DNA of 64,000 nucleotides, taken from positions 32,860,001-32,924,000 of the forward strand of contig NC_091290.1 of NCBI RefSeq assembly GCF_032444005.1, written 5' to 3'. How positions within the stretch are numbered: position 1 is the first letter of the stretch; each line of letters starts with the position of its first letter. Of the stretch, positions 47,219 to 60,354 are shown piece by piece. The translations under genes were made by a program, and so were the position numbers. The stretch comes from Ranitomeya imitator. Lineage: Eukaryota. The notes below the pieces were generated by a model that had not been told where the DNA came from, did no database searches, and saw only the letters and a list, made by a program, of their open reading frames with translations.

Positions 47219-50200
47219 GACAGATTAGAAGCTGACTCTTAAGTACATAGAAAAATATTAATCGGTAATATATGATCCATTTTATAGGCTCTTATCAAGT
47301 AAAATTGGGCTGTGCCCACTTAGTCATGAGTGTGGTGTTCACCTCTTTAGCCAGACATTAATTCAACTCCAAAGATAAGCAGCTGACACATCCTATTACT
47401 TGCACCCCAATCTTGGTGCATCTTTTGTACCTTGACCTTCATTTTTCTCCTTGCCTGAATCTGGCCCGTATTCCATTTTTTGCTGGCTCAATGTCTGTTC
47501 TGAGCTTGCTATGGTGATTTGGTTGTCTTCCTTACACCATACAGTTCTTCCTGATGTAGGTGAGACTGGCTAGGTGCTTAGTACCATCGTCTTAAATCAC
47601 TGGGATCATTTTTATCTGATCAGGAGCCCCAGATAAATTTTAGGATTTATGTTCTCCCTTTCTCGCTTGTGAATTTCTTTTCCCACTGCTAATAACGTAA
47701 TGATGATTTTGTTTTCCTACAAATTTGCCTTTAGTGCGGATCAGATCTGTGAATGGCGCTGCATTATCCAATGTCAGCTGTTAAGTGTTTCCAATAACAA
47801 CCTGAAGAAATGAGTTATAATTTGTTTCTCCTATCAATAGTGGACATCCACCTTGGGCATAGGATCCTGCCTCTAGAAGGTTGACACAAGGCACACAAGT
47901 TTTAGATCCTCCTCTGGCACTGAGCTAAAATTGTAGATTCTGCTATTATTTATTTATTTTTATTCTTTCTTCAGTTCGTTTTCTTCCTTTGCCCACTTGG
48001 GGGACAATGCTGTTTTTCTGCTACTCTGACACCATTAGGGCAAACATAATCAACTTCACTGCCCTGTTAAGACCCTAATCAAAGACAAGTGGGTCCAAAG
48101 CACCAGAGCCCAATGGTCCTTCATTTCCCAGCCTACACTTTCTCCATTGCACCCTTAAAAGAGCCCTCCCTTTTCCTTGCTGTTGTATGACTCTGGCTTT
48201 TCTATGTCTCTGCCTGCTCCGGCCTTTTCCTTTTTTTACTTCTCTACCTTGTTCTTCTCACTCTTCGTGATGTCCTGCTGCACTTTGGGTTTTTCCCCCT
48301 CAAAGGCCAAATTTTTTTTGCACGGCGAGGTAACTGCTAGTACTTAACACAAGTCACCCAACTCTCCTCTTCAATCTAAGGTGGGGTACATGACCTCGTC
48401 TATTGCTATAACCGACCCCAGAGGTAAATCTTCCAGTAAGAAGTTGATTGATGTCTTTCTATCATACTTGCACATGATGCAGCACTAAATTCCATACTGG
48501 TTAACCACTCTGCCCTACATTACTGGGGCCTTGCATGGTGTTTTTGAGACTAGTGAATGAGTCTGTGTGGCTGGTGAGGTCAACCACGGCAAGGTCAAAG
48601 AGCTCCCATTCTTGGACACAACACATTGTACTGGAGCAATGAGGGCTTTCTCAGCTATGAAGCCCAACCTTTATGCTCTCCCGGTCTGAAAAGCATCCAT
48701 CTGATCATTCCTGCACACCTTCATCAAGATTTACAGGCTGTTCATATTTTTTGTTGTTGTCTGAAGCTTCTTTGGACAGCAAGATCCTGCCATGCTGGAT
48801 TAGCGAACTTTGATCACTCTTTCTGCTGTTGTTTATCCCAAGGACTGCTTTGGGTATCCGTGTACCCCTAAATGCCATGAGCAGAAAAAATAGATTTTTG
48901 GAGACCTCATGGTAAAATTTTGTAATCCTGTTCTAACACTATAGGTTAATATTCAAGCCTTGCAACATAACTAGGGCTATCATCCAAGCCAGAAACTCAA
49001 CTACAGATACCTGTTTCATTCAGTCTTTTTGTCCCTCATTAGTGTAGTGTAGTGTTTGGCTACCTGAATGTGATTCCCATTGAAGCAGCTTTTGGGGTGT
49101 ACTGTTTTGATTCTAGAGCAGTTCTGCTTTGATGATGTCTGACAGTCGTGATATTTCAAGATGTGTAATGTACTGACGGCAAGAAAATAAAATCTATGTG
49201 ATGTGTGTGTAATGAAGATGCTTTAGTAACAAGACGTACACGTTTTATCTTTTCATTTCTTTCTTTATCATATCAATAAAAAAAGCACTTTGTACAAGAC
49301 CAGGACTTAACATCACCAGCCCAACACAATGCAATTTGCCATACACATTAGAAAAATTATACTAATAAATATGTATAACTGTACAAGTCATAGTTTATAT
49401 TGTCGTCACCGTTACTCTCAAACTTTTGAAAAAACAGCAGTTCAGGAAAAAATATCCTTATACTTAAATCGTAGCAAAATCCTACGTCATCTTTTATGGC
49501 ACGCCGCCGCACCATAATTTTGATACATGTATTTATTTTTTTTTATTTGATGCTTCTCAGTAAGCATTATCCCTTTTTTTTTTCTTTTTTTTTTTCACAC
49601 AGAGGTCCGTTTTACATCAAACACTTCCTCATCTCAAGGTGCAATTATCCAAAATATAAATATTTCATGAAAAAGGCACAAGTAATTGTGTACCAGAATT
49701 TTAACACTTCAGGTCAATGAGCCCAATACAAGAAATTCAACTTTATAACTTGGCCGATTTGTTAAGGCCAAATATATTGGATAAAGAAATTGAAACACTG
49801 GAAATCCATATTGTTCTATACCTCTCTGAAATATACTGCTAGGAATTGCGTATTGGGGAGGGGGGGGTGTTTGTCGCCAAAATTGCACCTTAAATGTAAG
49901 GAAGAGAATATTTTCTGGAAATACCTGTCTAGGATTAATGTAACCCCAGTCCTTACTACATTTTGTGAATTACATTTTAGCTTTTTGTGAAACTTTTTTT
50001 TTTTTACTTTTAAAATGTAAATACTTTAAAGCCCAAAACAATAACAACAGAAAAAAATAGGTGCAAATGATGTACCTAAAGTAGGATCAGAAGGTCTAAG
50101 ATTTGTTGGGTAGGAAATAATACAAGCCACCAACCAAGTGGTGATTTTAATTTTTTTTTTCCTCATTTGGAGGCTCTACAGTAAAATTTTACAAAATTTC

Positions 50201-51061
50201 AGCCAATTAACTCCCCATTTTCAATTTTTGTTTTTCACCCACTTATTGAATCTCAATAACCTTACATGGATCAAATCATACCAGTGATCTCACAAAGCTT
50301 GTATATGATTGTTTTTTTTTAGAAATCTTTAGACCTTCTGCCAACATTACTACAGTATGAGATAGAATGTTCTCCGAAAGAGTTGATAAAATCAAAATTG
50401 GACAGTCATAGGAATAGGGTAAAATAAAAATAATAAATTGTTATAATATCGGCAAGTATACCATATATCTCTTTTTTTGTTTCACTACGAGTGAATACTT
50501 CTTTTTAGTTATGTAAGACTACTTACAACTTCCTTCGCAATATACACCTTTTTGTTCTCTTTCCTACCAATTCTTTAAAAATCCTTTGTTTTATAAATTG
50601 ACGTGTCGTATAAAATGTTTTAAAACAATGGCCCGTCAACGTTTGTAAGGTTTGAACAAATGTTTCCCATGCGGGAAATTTATATATAATATTTTACAGG
50701 TAGAATGTGTAATGTATTTATAGATGATGTCAAATATTTAGATGATGTCATACATTCTGCAATCAGAACGTAAGCTGGTAATGATGGGCCATTGTTTTAG
50801 TTTTTTTTTTAACCATTATTTTCGAATTAAAACAAAAGACATCTCTTGTAAACGTGCACAAAATTCAGAGAAAGAGACTAGAGGAATGAAAGAGAAAAAG
50901 GGAACAAAACAGTTTTGCGATGAAAGGGAGAGTCGTACGACGCAGAAAGTCGTTCTTTCTCTCCCACGTTGTGCGTCTTGATTTGTTCTTAATTAGGCAG
51001 GAAAAATCTGCTCAGAATATGACAATATGCCATACATAGCGAAGTAAGTCACAGACTTATT

Positions 51062-51087
51062 TCAAAACGAAGGTTTTCCACTTCCAT
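51062..51087 (-). CDS. NPAS4: NPAS4 exon 8 (terminal coding micro-segment)
   Basis: ttttacag|AT GGA AGT GGA AAA CCT TCG TTT TGA = DGSGKPSF*. Confidence 0.9.
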
Positions 51088-54000
51088 CTGTAAAACAAAA
51101 ATATAGAAAGGGAATTAGTACATATTTTTCACCAATGATTTTGGATAGTAAAATGGCTCATTTTTCAGTATTCTGTATTGGTGACTAATTCTTAAACTAG
51201 TAAGTCACAAACTATGTAATCCTGTTCTATTCATTATAGCTTTGCAATACGCAGTCATATACTTTTTTTTTAATAAATATAACTTTGAAGGCTTGAACTA
51301 ATAACGTACCATGCTGGAAGCCGTCTTGTAGCTCAATCTGGAGTTGATACAACTCATCGTTAAACCGGTCACATTGAATCTCTGAGGCACCTGCCTCAAG
51401 GTCTGTTTTGTAGGACATCAGTTCCTCTAAGAAGTTACATTCTTCTGGCGACAGATCAGTCGTCACGTTCGAAGTCCTGGATGGAGATGTGGAGAGGTCC
51501 CCTCCTACTTCATCCTCCTCCAGGGGACTGCAAGGAGACCCCATGGCTGCAAAGGGTGGAGAATCAGGGAAGTCCTTGAAAAGGCTGCAAACCGGATGGC
51601 TACCGGTGGGGAGAGATTGTTCTTGACATGTCAGGAAAACAGAAAAGTCAATACTCTTCCAGGATCGAGAAAAGTTAGGATTGATATCTGCATCTGGAAG
51701 ACTGGCAGGGAGGGAAACACTTCGACATGCCAGTCCATGGCCACTCATAACCACACTCTCAGAGCATGGAATATCTTTAGTAGCCACATTATTGAAGACG
51801 TTGGCCAAAGAGCCAATCTGTTTCACTAAGAGATCAATTTCATTCTTCTCTTGCTCTGAATACCTGAAGATTACTTGGTTGATGGGTGATGTCTCTGGGG
51901 TCACTAACCCCTCAGGAAGCATTGGTAGATCCACAAAGAGAGGACTTGGTATTTCTGGAACTGTCATGATTGTGCAGTCTCCTCCATCTCCAGGACTATC
52001 AGGGGTTGGTGGCAGCTTCTCATAGAGGGAACTGCAGTAGGAGTAATAAAGTTCTGGATTTAGGGTAGTACTGTCCTGATCAGCAGATGTCTGTGGGACA
52101 CTTTCTGAAGCCCCAAAGAGGAAAGTACAGCTTTGGTGTGGAGTGTATGGAGGAGTGCAAGTAAAATCTTTGGGTGGTGCAGTCCCGGCTTGATCTATCC
52201 TGAAGCTCTGATCATATGATGTTGGTTGGTAAAGGGAAAATATAGATTGATTTTCTAATTGTCCTTCAGTGACAACAACATCGTCCATAATTGGTGTAGT
52301 ATTCTGACACAGGATGGGATCTTCTGGACTGACGGCCACAGGCTCTGAAAACTCGAAGGACTGGCTGATACTTGTAGGTGTGTTTGCAAGAGGAGTGAAC
52401 ACTTGATCTGGGCTGGAAACATCTGCTGGGGAGAGAAGGGTCTCCTGGTAGGAAGGAGCCCCAACTGGGAAAGGAAGTGGAGACTCTTCTGAAGTCAGCT
52501 GTTGCCTCAGGCACCAGGCTTCCGAATCACTGAGAATAATTAAAAAATGTTGTTTTAGAAAATGCAATAAGTATAATTAACATATATAAGTATATCATTA
52601 TATGTGTTAATGAAAAGGAAAAATATTTATGAGATTTTACCTTATTATATAGTTGTAAGATATGATTGGAGCATCGGCGTTTTCCAGTAACATTAGCGAA
52701 TACACCCATATCCACTGCTGATCTCTTGTCTGCAGACGTAAAACCACTTCTGCTCTGCATTCACCAGATTCACTTACTGCAGAAAAAAAGCAAGACGTCA
52801 GATTGATACAGGGTGGAAAATAATTTACTTCTAAGTCCCCTGTATTCCTTCTGATTATATATCTTACACTTGGGCTTTTAATTTGCTATGCCCCTCCCAC
52901 CCAATATACCTTTGCCCTTCTCAGTCTTTATAGTGTTATTATAATGCCTACTTCATCCTCACTTTGTCTAATCTTCATTGAAATAGATATTGTACTACTA
53001 GTATAATGTGATGACGCCCTACATGTAGTACCCCATTTTTATTGCCTAATTATATAAACTTACATAGTCTGTAATGCTGGGTAGACATTTGTGTCACGTC
53101 TTCAGGATGTATCAGATTGTACCACGACTTGCAGGCTAAGTCATTTTTCTCAAAACCCAAGTGCAAGAAGGAGCTGCAGAAAAGTGGAAATAAATATGTA
53201 AATTAACTCTATTTAACTAAGAAGGCTATAAAAAAATAGGTAGTTGTGCAAAATTATTATTTACCTTTCTGAAACATCCAGAACAGAAAGATCCTTGGCA
53301 TGGTGGCTCTCAAAGAAGTCCATCAAGAAATGGTTATGAGTGACTTTGGGTTTGGGGTCAAGAGGAATGCAGAAAGCGGTGAAGACTGGATTGGATGACC
53401 AATAGGTTCCAGATGGAGCCTGCTGAAACCTTCCCCTTATAAGGACCAACTTGTTGCCTGCGCTCTGCCTTCGCGCGGTCTTTGATGTATTGAACCTGCA
53501 TCTGAACATTCTCTCTAAAACAACAAAATAAAAGTTGTATGGTATGATTAGTTGGGTAATAGATTAGTCATTATATCAGACCTATAAACTATTCCTATAA
53601 ACTATTCAATTTTTTTTAAAAAAGGGTACAAAAATACAAGTGCTTTAGATACTTACCACTATCAAGTGATGATGGGAGAGACAACTGGTTCCTCATAACA
53701 AAGTGATCAGTGGGGTCAATGATGTCATAAACACTGTCTCCTTGAGCCACCAAATCCACCTGTTAGAGTAAACGCAATGACATGATGAGGCACAGATCCA
53801 TTGCTTCAATGTCATTTCAACAATGAATAATATCTGAGATTGGATTCTTACCATAGAATGTCCGAGATGATCGGTCACATTTTCAGACACGTATATCAGT
53901 TTCCCTTCACTTGTGAAAGTTAACAGGAAGCCAGGAAGGTTGTGTATGAAATCTTGTAAATCTTGACTCGACAGTAGACTTTCCAATTCATTCATCTGTT

Positions 54001-54616
54001 GACCTGTTGGGCAAAACAGAAATATAGAACATCTTAAAAACCACAATTTCCATACATTCATTGTTACACATTCACAATGGCTTCAACATTCAGGACCTCG
54101 GAGAGTGACAAGTGAAGTCTTCTATAATTCAGCACCAAGGACAGCTGCAGCATGATTACGAATGCCCTAGTTCTTGACCATTTTAGTAGGATTGGGCATT
54201 GACCAGTTCTTATTGCAATGATTTGATCACACGAGTAATAGGTTTTACCAGCAAATGCAACAGGTATAAATAGGGTCCGGGAAAAGTAGACGCTACAAGA
54301 AGTCTGATTCTTTAAGGACTGTCAATGCCACAAAGTTTATGCATTAAACATTCATCTTAAACTAGTGATAAGATAACAATCTATATCTATATAATATACA
54401 TTTGCAAAAGATCCCCAAATAGTTTCCAAGTAGCGTCTTACCTCTTGAGAAGAAAACAGACTTCCTTGTGTAGATACAAGCAAGTGACATGATGTGCAGG
54501 TAGGATAGCCGTACTTTGTCTCCTTCCGAGATAGGAAGAAGATCCTTCAAGTTTCGAATCTCCGCATTAATTTGATCCCTTCTGGCTTTTGATGCACCTT
54601 TCGTAGATCTATACAT
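51062..54616 (-). CDS. NPAS4: Neuronal PAS domain protein 4 (bHLH-PAS immediate-early transcription factor), complete, 723 aa
   Basis: Exons 54616-54442, 54003-53852, 53759-53657, 53514-53265, 53173-53064, 52776-52641, 52529-51310, 51087-51062 = 2172 nt, GT-AG, in phase. Starts [24 protein letters not shown]; PAS-A and PAS-B; ends DGSGKPSF*. Confidence 0.97.
51310..52529 (-). CDS. NPAS4: NPAS4 exon 7 (transactivation region)
   Basis: 1220 nt, [12 protein letters not shown]...[10 protein letters not shown]...[13 protein letters not shown]|gtacgt. Confidence 0.94.
52641..52776 (-). CDS. NPAS4: NPAS4 exon 6
   Basis: [28 protein letters not shown]...YNYII. Confidence 0.93.
53064..53173 (-). CDS. 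NPAS4: NPAS4 exon 5 (PAS-B)
   Basis: [34 protein letters not shown]. Confidence 0.94.
53265..53514 (-). CDS. NPAS4: NPAS4 exon 4
   Basis: [29 protein letters not shown]...[16 protein letters not shown]. Confidence 0.95.
53657..53759 (-). CDS. NPAS4: NPAS4 exon 3
   Basis: [26 protein letters not shown]. Confidence 0.95.
53852..54003 (-). CDS. NPAS4: NPAS4 exon 2 (PAS-A)
   Basis: [29 protein letters not shown]|gtaaga. Confidence 0.95.
54128..54148 (+). promoter_or_regulatory. RE1/NRSE (REST site) in NPAS4 intron 1
   Basis: TTCAGCACCAAGGACAGCTGC against the consensus TTCAGCACCNCGGACAGNGCC. Confidence 0.8.
54442..54616 (-). CDS. NPAS4: NPAS4 exon 1 (bHLH)
   Basis: [56 protein letters not shown]. 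Confidence 0.97.
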
Positions 54617-54794
54617 TTTGGATGGGGTCTCTGGGTTGCTGGGTAAGAGTCAGTCCAGAGAGCCCCCTTTCTTCTTGTCTTCGTTTTTTCGTTCTTCTGT
54701 TCGTCTTCTCTTCCCGAATATAGTGGTATTCCTGATCAGATTTCCCGATGCTTGTCTCTGGGTTCTGGTTTAAAGAACTGTAGCTCATGTTCTC

Positions 54795-54802
54795 TTTATA
54801 TA
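54795..54802 (-). promoter_or_regulatory. NPAS4 TATA box
   Basis: TATATAAA on the minus strand about 180 nt upstream of the ATG. Confidence 0.7.
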
Positions 54803-54918
54803 GTAACTGAGGAGTGTGTGGGCAGGTGAGACGCAATGGGAGGTGGGGGGAGAAGAGTGGAGTTTATCATCAATGGGTTGCATGGTTAGGGAGCTGCCTT
54901 TCTCTGCTATTACAGGCG

Positions 54919-54946
54919 AGCGTCATCAACTCATACAGATGACGCT
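54919..54946. promoter_or_regulatory. Inverted pair of half-CRE sites in the NPAS4 proximal promoter
   Basis: AGCGTCATC-N10-GATGACGCT, a perfect 9 bp inverted repeat with TGACG in each arm. Confidence 0.55.
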
Positions 54947-55705
54947 GAACAACGGGAGAGAAGAAAAAGGAGGGGGTTGAGAAAAAGGAGAGAGGTGGCG
55001 GTGGTGGTTGGAGGGGGGGGAGGCTGGAGAGAGCGATTTCTGCAAAGAGCCAAATATCACATTCTGTACCCAATTTGGACAGAAACTGACGACTATGTTG
55101 AAAATGCTACATTTCCATCCTATACCAAAACACATTATCTATAACCAGAGGCTTTTAGAATCTCGGTAATCTCATGTCTTTTCCATATACGGACTCTCCA
55201 TAATACATACAGCCATTGCCTTTACTAGGATGTTCCATTGCATTGAATAATATAAGGATTTACGAACAAAAAAAAGACTACATCTGTATCACTAATTGTG
55301 AATGTGGCGGCGAGGATCAGCACTGAATCTTACGTGGACAGACCTTTCCTATTTATGGGAGCTGCAAGGTATTTCAACCATATCAAGCCTAAAATAAATC
55401 TAAACCCAATGACGATTGACCGTGGGGTCGGAATAAGAAGAAGGTGTTGTGTGTCACTGTCTATTGATAGAACTGCAGAATATTCTTTCTTCTTGGCAAG
55501 AATGATTAATCCTTATTTAAATCTCTCTTTCTCTTTCCTTTTATCTTTCAACCCACGCGTTCCACATTTGGTTATAGAGGGGGAAAAAAAGCATATTTTC
55601 ATAGGACATGATTAATTCAGCTGCGTTTTTCCACCCCTGCATTTCCTCTTTAGCAGCTGTAAATAGGTATCTGATCCTGATTTTCCTGCCTTTCTATATA
55701 TTTAT

Positions 55706-55740
55706 GTCTCTCTCTCCCTCTCTCTCTCTCTTTCTCTCTC
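55706..55740. repeat. (TC)n microsatellite
   Basis: Interrupted TC run. Confidence 0.8.
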
Positions 55741-55838
55741 CCCTTTTATTGTTGAAAGGATAATTAGATGTAGGTTGGAGTGACGACACTGTGTTTTGTG
55801 AATGACGGCTTCTTCTTTGCATACTCGCTGTGTTTTAT

Positions 55839-55848
55839 CCATATTTGG
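55839..55848. promoter_or_regulatory. CArG box (SRF) upstream of NPAS4
   Basis: CCATATTTGG fits CC(A/T)6GG exactly. Confidence 0.6.
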
Positions 55849-56268
55849 TAAGAGCTTAGTATACAGCAGAATTAACCGTATACTGGCCCGGCTTGCAGGG
55901 AGCCGCGTTCTGAAATGCTTCAAAGCGGAGCTATTTTTATACACCGCGGCTTTGGCGTGTATCTTGTTGATAAACTGCTCACAGCTTTAAAGGTTTTCGA
56001 GCTCAAGATAAGAGACTCTTGATATGGGCCATAGCCATTGTGCTGTATAAGCCCATTATTCCTAGCGGGGGCTTTATAAAAATAGGTTGAAAAGAAGAAG
56101 AAATATGAATGAATACGCTCAATGTTTTATCAAAAATACTAAGATAATTTTACGGCTCCTCTATTATAATATTTTTGCCTTTTTTCCTTCTTCGTCAACT
56201 ATTCTCTAAACTTGGAGTTCACAATATATTCCACTTTCGCAATAAAATGATCATAGCACCGGACATTG

Positions 56269-56278
56269 CCATATTAGG
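56269..56278. promoter_or_regulatory. CArG box identical to the c-fos SRE core
   Basis: CCATATTAGG. Confidence 0.6.
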
Positions 56279-57116
56279 GTTTTTCTAAATCATCCTATTA
56301 GCATTTAGTCTGTGCAACAGGATACACTTAAAGGGATTGCCCATTACTTTTTTTTTTTTAAATTAATGGCCTATCTGATTTATCTGATTGGTGGAGGTGC
56401 AACACTCAACACCCCCCACCGATCAACTGTTACCAGCAGTGGCAGCTGGAATGCTACCGGAACAGAGGAGTTCCGCCATTTCTATAGTAACCGCGACTTG
56501 GCACTGCAGGTCAACCAATACTCCAATGAATAGGGGTGGGTCTGTAGTACCCAGCCACTATAGTTTTGATGGAGCTGTTGTGTTCCTGCAGCATCCGAGA
56601 ACTTCCGGAAGGTGACAGTAACAGCTGATCACTATAAAATATTGGCCACAGGTACATTAGCAAAGGAATAAGGGCTAATGTGACATCTGAATCCGTTATT
56701 TGCATAAAATAGAAAGGTAATTTCCCAAAATATTGTATGAAAATTTAGCCCAGATATCCTGTTGGTAGGGCACAAGTTCCTTAAAACATTTTTTTTTTTT
56801 TGTAGTTTGAGAAAGGTGCCGGTACAACGCTGAAACGCGCTGGTAAATAAATAAACATTTTGGAACACAAAGGCTTCACATTTAGTACAGCGCAGCCCAT
56901 TCAATATAATATCGTCCTCCTCTACTAAAGTTCCTTTAAAACATACCAGTGATGTGTCAGCTGATTAGAGTAGTTTTAACTTGTTACTTTTCCATCTGGT
57001 CAGTTCTTCTTGTTGACATCTTCCGGCCGTGACTTGTCTCTCTACAGAGTTTGCTGCAGAGATCACTGAAAATAACATGTTCACATATATACTATATGTA
57101 AAGTTATGGCCTAAAG

Positions 57117-57278
57117 CGGAGGTCCCCAACTCCAGTCCTCAAGGCCCACCAACAGGTCATGTTTTCAGGATTTCCTTTGCAATGCACAGGTGATGCAATT
57201 ATTACCTGGGCAAGACTAAGGAAATCCTGAAAACATGACCTGTTGGTGGGCCTTGAGGACTGGAGTTGGGGACCTCTG
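57117..57278. mobile_element. hAT-type palindromic MITE
   Basis: Perfect 8 bp TSD GCCTAAAG (57109-57116, 57279-57286); same family as 22856-23041. Confidence 0.88.
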
Positions 57279-57460
57279 GCCTAAAGTGTTGGCACTCTTG
57301 AAATTATTGCAGAAAACAAAGTATTTTTGTCAGAAAAATATTGCAATTGCACATGTTTTGTTATACATGCGTTTACTTCCTTTGTGTGTATTGGAACAAC
57401 ACAAAAAAAGAAACGGGAAAAACAGGCAAATTGGACATAATTTCACACAAAACTCCAAAA

Positions 57461-58660
<1,200 letters not shown>

Positions 58661-59289
58661 TATGTACCACACCATCAAATAAACTATTAACCACAGTGCA
58701 ACCCACCATTCAAAATGTACATTTGTAAGCCAACACTGTTCCCCCCACTAACTATAATTAGCCTCTTTTCCCCATCCAATAAAAATATAAAATAATTAGC
58801 TACTGTACTCCTCCTGCCAATTCATTACCAGTCACTCTCTTGTTTCCTAACTACAATCACGTCCGTCCAATTCATTACAATAAAATGCCCACCCTCCCCC
58901 AATTCATTACAATCACATGTCCTGTTGTCTCTAATTCATTACCATTACATGTATTCTCTCCCACCCCACCCGTGTTATAATCACCTCCACTATGTTCAAA
59001 AACCACCAACTTACTTCTCTAGATGTTCCCCATGGCGTCACTTCCTTGAGCGGCATAGACCTCTTGAAGGCAGCCGAGCTGCAGGAAGGCTCTCTGCCCA
59101 TCGATACCTGTAGCACAAAAGATTGTGATAAGGGCAATAATTACCCTTACTACAATCCGTCCCTGGCTGCAGCAGTATGGCAGCAGCGTGGGCTTCCTGG
59201 GGTCATTGGAGGATTCTCCGATCCTTCCATGCACCACTCCAATGCTGGGCATAAATATGGACTTGGTCCCCACACTGCAGCTGTAACAG

Positions 59290-60354
59290 CTTCCACTCTT
59301 CTGGGAATGATTTTTTACAAGATTTTGGAGGTGTCTGGGGGAATTTTTACTTGTTCTTCCAAAAGAGCCTTTGTGAGGTCATACGGTGATGGTGGATGGG
59401 CAGGCAGGCGGCCATGGCTCACAATCTCCGGTTTTCTTCATCCCAAGATTGTTCTTTGTGGTTGAGGTCAGGGCTCAGTGTGGCCAGTTTACTCACCCAA
59501 CCATGCCTTTATGGACCTTGCTTTGTGCACAGGACACAGTCATGGAGAACAAAATAGGGCCTACCCTAAGTTCTTCTCGCAAAGTTGGAAACAAATAATT
59601 TGTCCAAAATGTCTTAGTATGCTTAAGCATTCAATTTTTTTTTCAATAAAACTAAGGGGCCTAAGATAACTTTAAATTACGACACCATATTATCATTCCT
59701 CCACCAAGTATTACAGCCAGGACAATGCAGAAGGTAGTATTCTCACATTTTCCAAACCCAAACTCATCAGATGCCAGAGAAGTGTGACCTGTTACTCCAC
59801 AGAACATATATGCACTGTTCCAGGGTCGAGTGGTGGTGGCATTACATCACTTTTCCCCACACTTGACATTGTGCTTGGTGATGTACGGATGAATGCAGCT
59901 GCTAGACCATGGAGACCCATACCATGAAGTCACAGTGCACTGTTTTGGTGTTGTTGTTAAGAGCAGAGGTGGTCTGGCAATTGATGATAAGTCAGCAGAG
60001 GCTTATCAACTTTTATTCCTTTTGTTCCTCAGCCCTTGGACGTTGCTCTACAATTATACATTGTCTTCACTTTGTGGCTGAGCTCCTACATTTCCTTTTA
60101 TTTTTCGATAATACAAATCACAATTGATAATAAGTATTAAGTACAAGGAATACTGACGTGTTACACCGGTGGCTCCTATTACAAGACCCTCTTGGTATCA
60201 ATGAGTTCTCTAGAACTAGCCATTTTATCGGGAATGTTTCGGGCATGGCGAGGGGCCAGCAATTAATATTTTACACCTCTGGCAATGGGACTGAATGTAA
60301 AAACTAAATTCAATGAGTAAGATGTATGTCCCAATACTTTTTTTCCATAGAGTG
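59290..60354 (-). mobile_element. Second, degenerate Tc1-like element
   Basis: TIR-like end CCAATACTTTT..CCATAGAGTG|TA at 60354; antisense transposase relics near 59700. Confidence 0.6.

Noticed and set aside
47220-49200. Possible degenerate retroelement coding sequence
   Set aside because: No motif I could identify in any frame; left unannotated
49275-49280. AATAAA near the end of the NPAS4 3' region
   Set aside because: It is on the plus strand, the wrong strand for NPAS4; the NPAS4 poly(A) site could not be fixed
51046-51052. miR-224-type seed match in the NPAS4 3' UTR
   Set aside because: A single 7-mer only 10 nt from the stop, and I cannot support that this miRNA exists in amphibians
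58992-59465. 157 aa ORF
   Set aside because: No recognisable domain, and it runs into antisense Tc1 sequence
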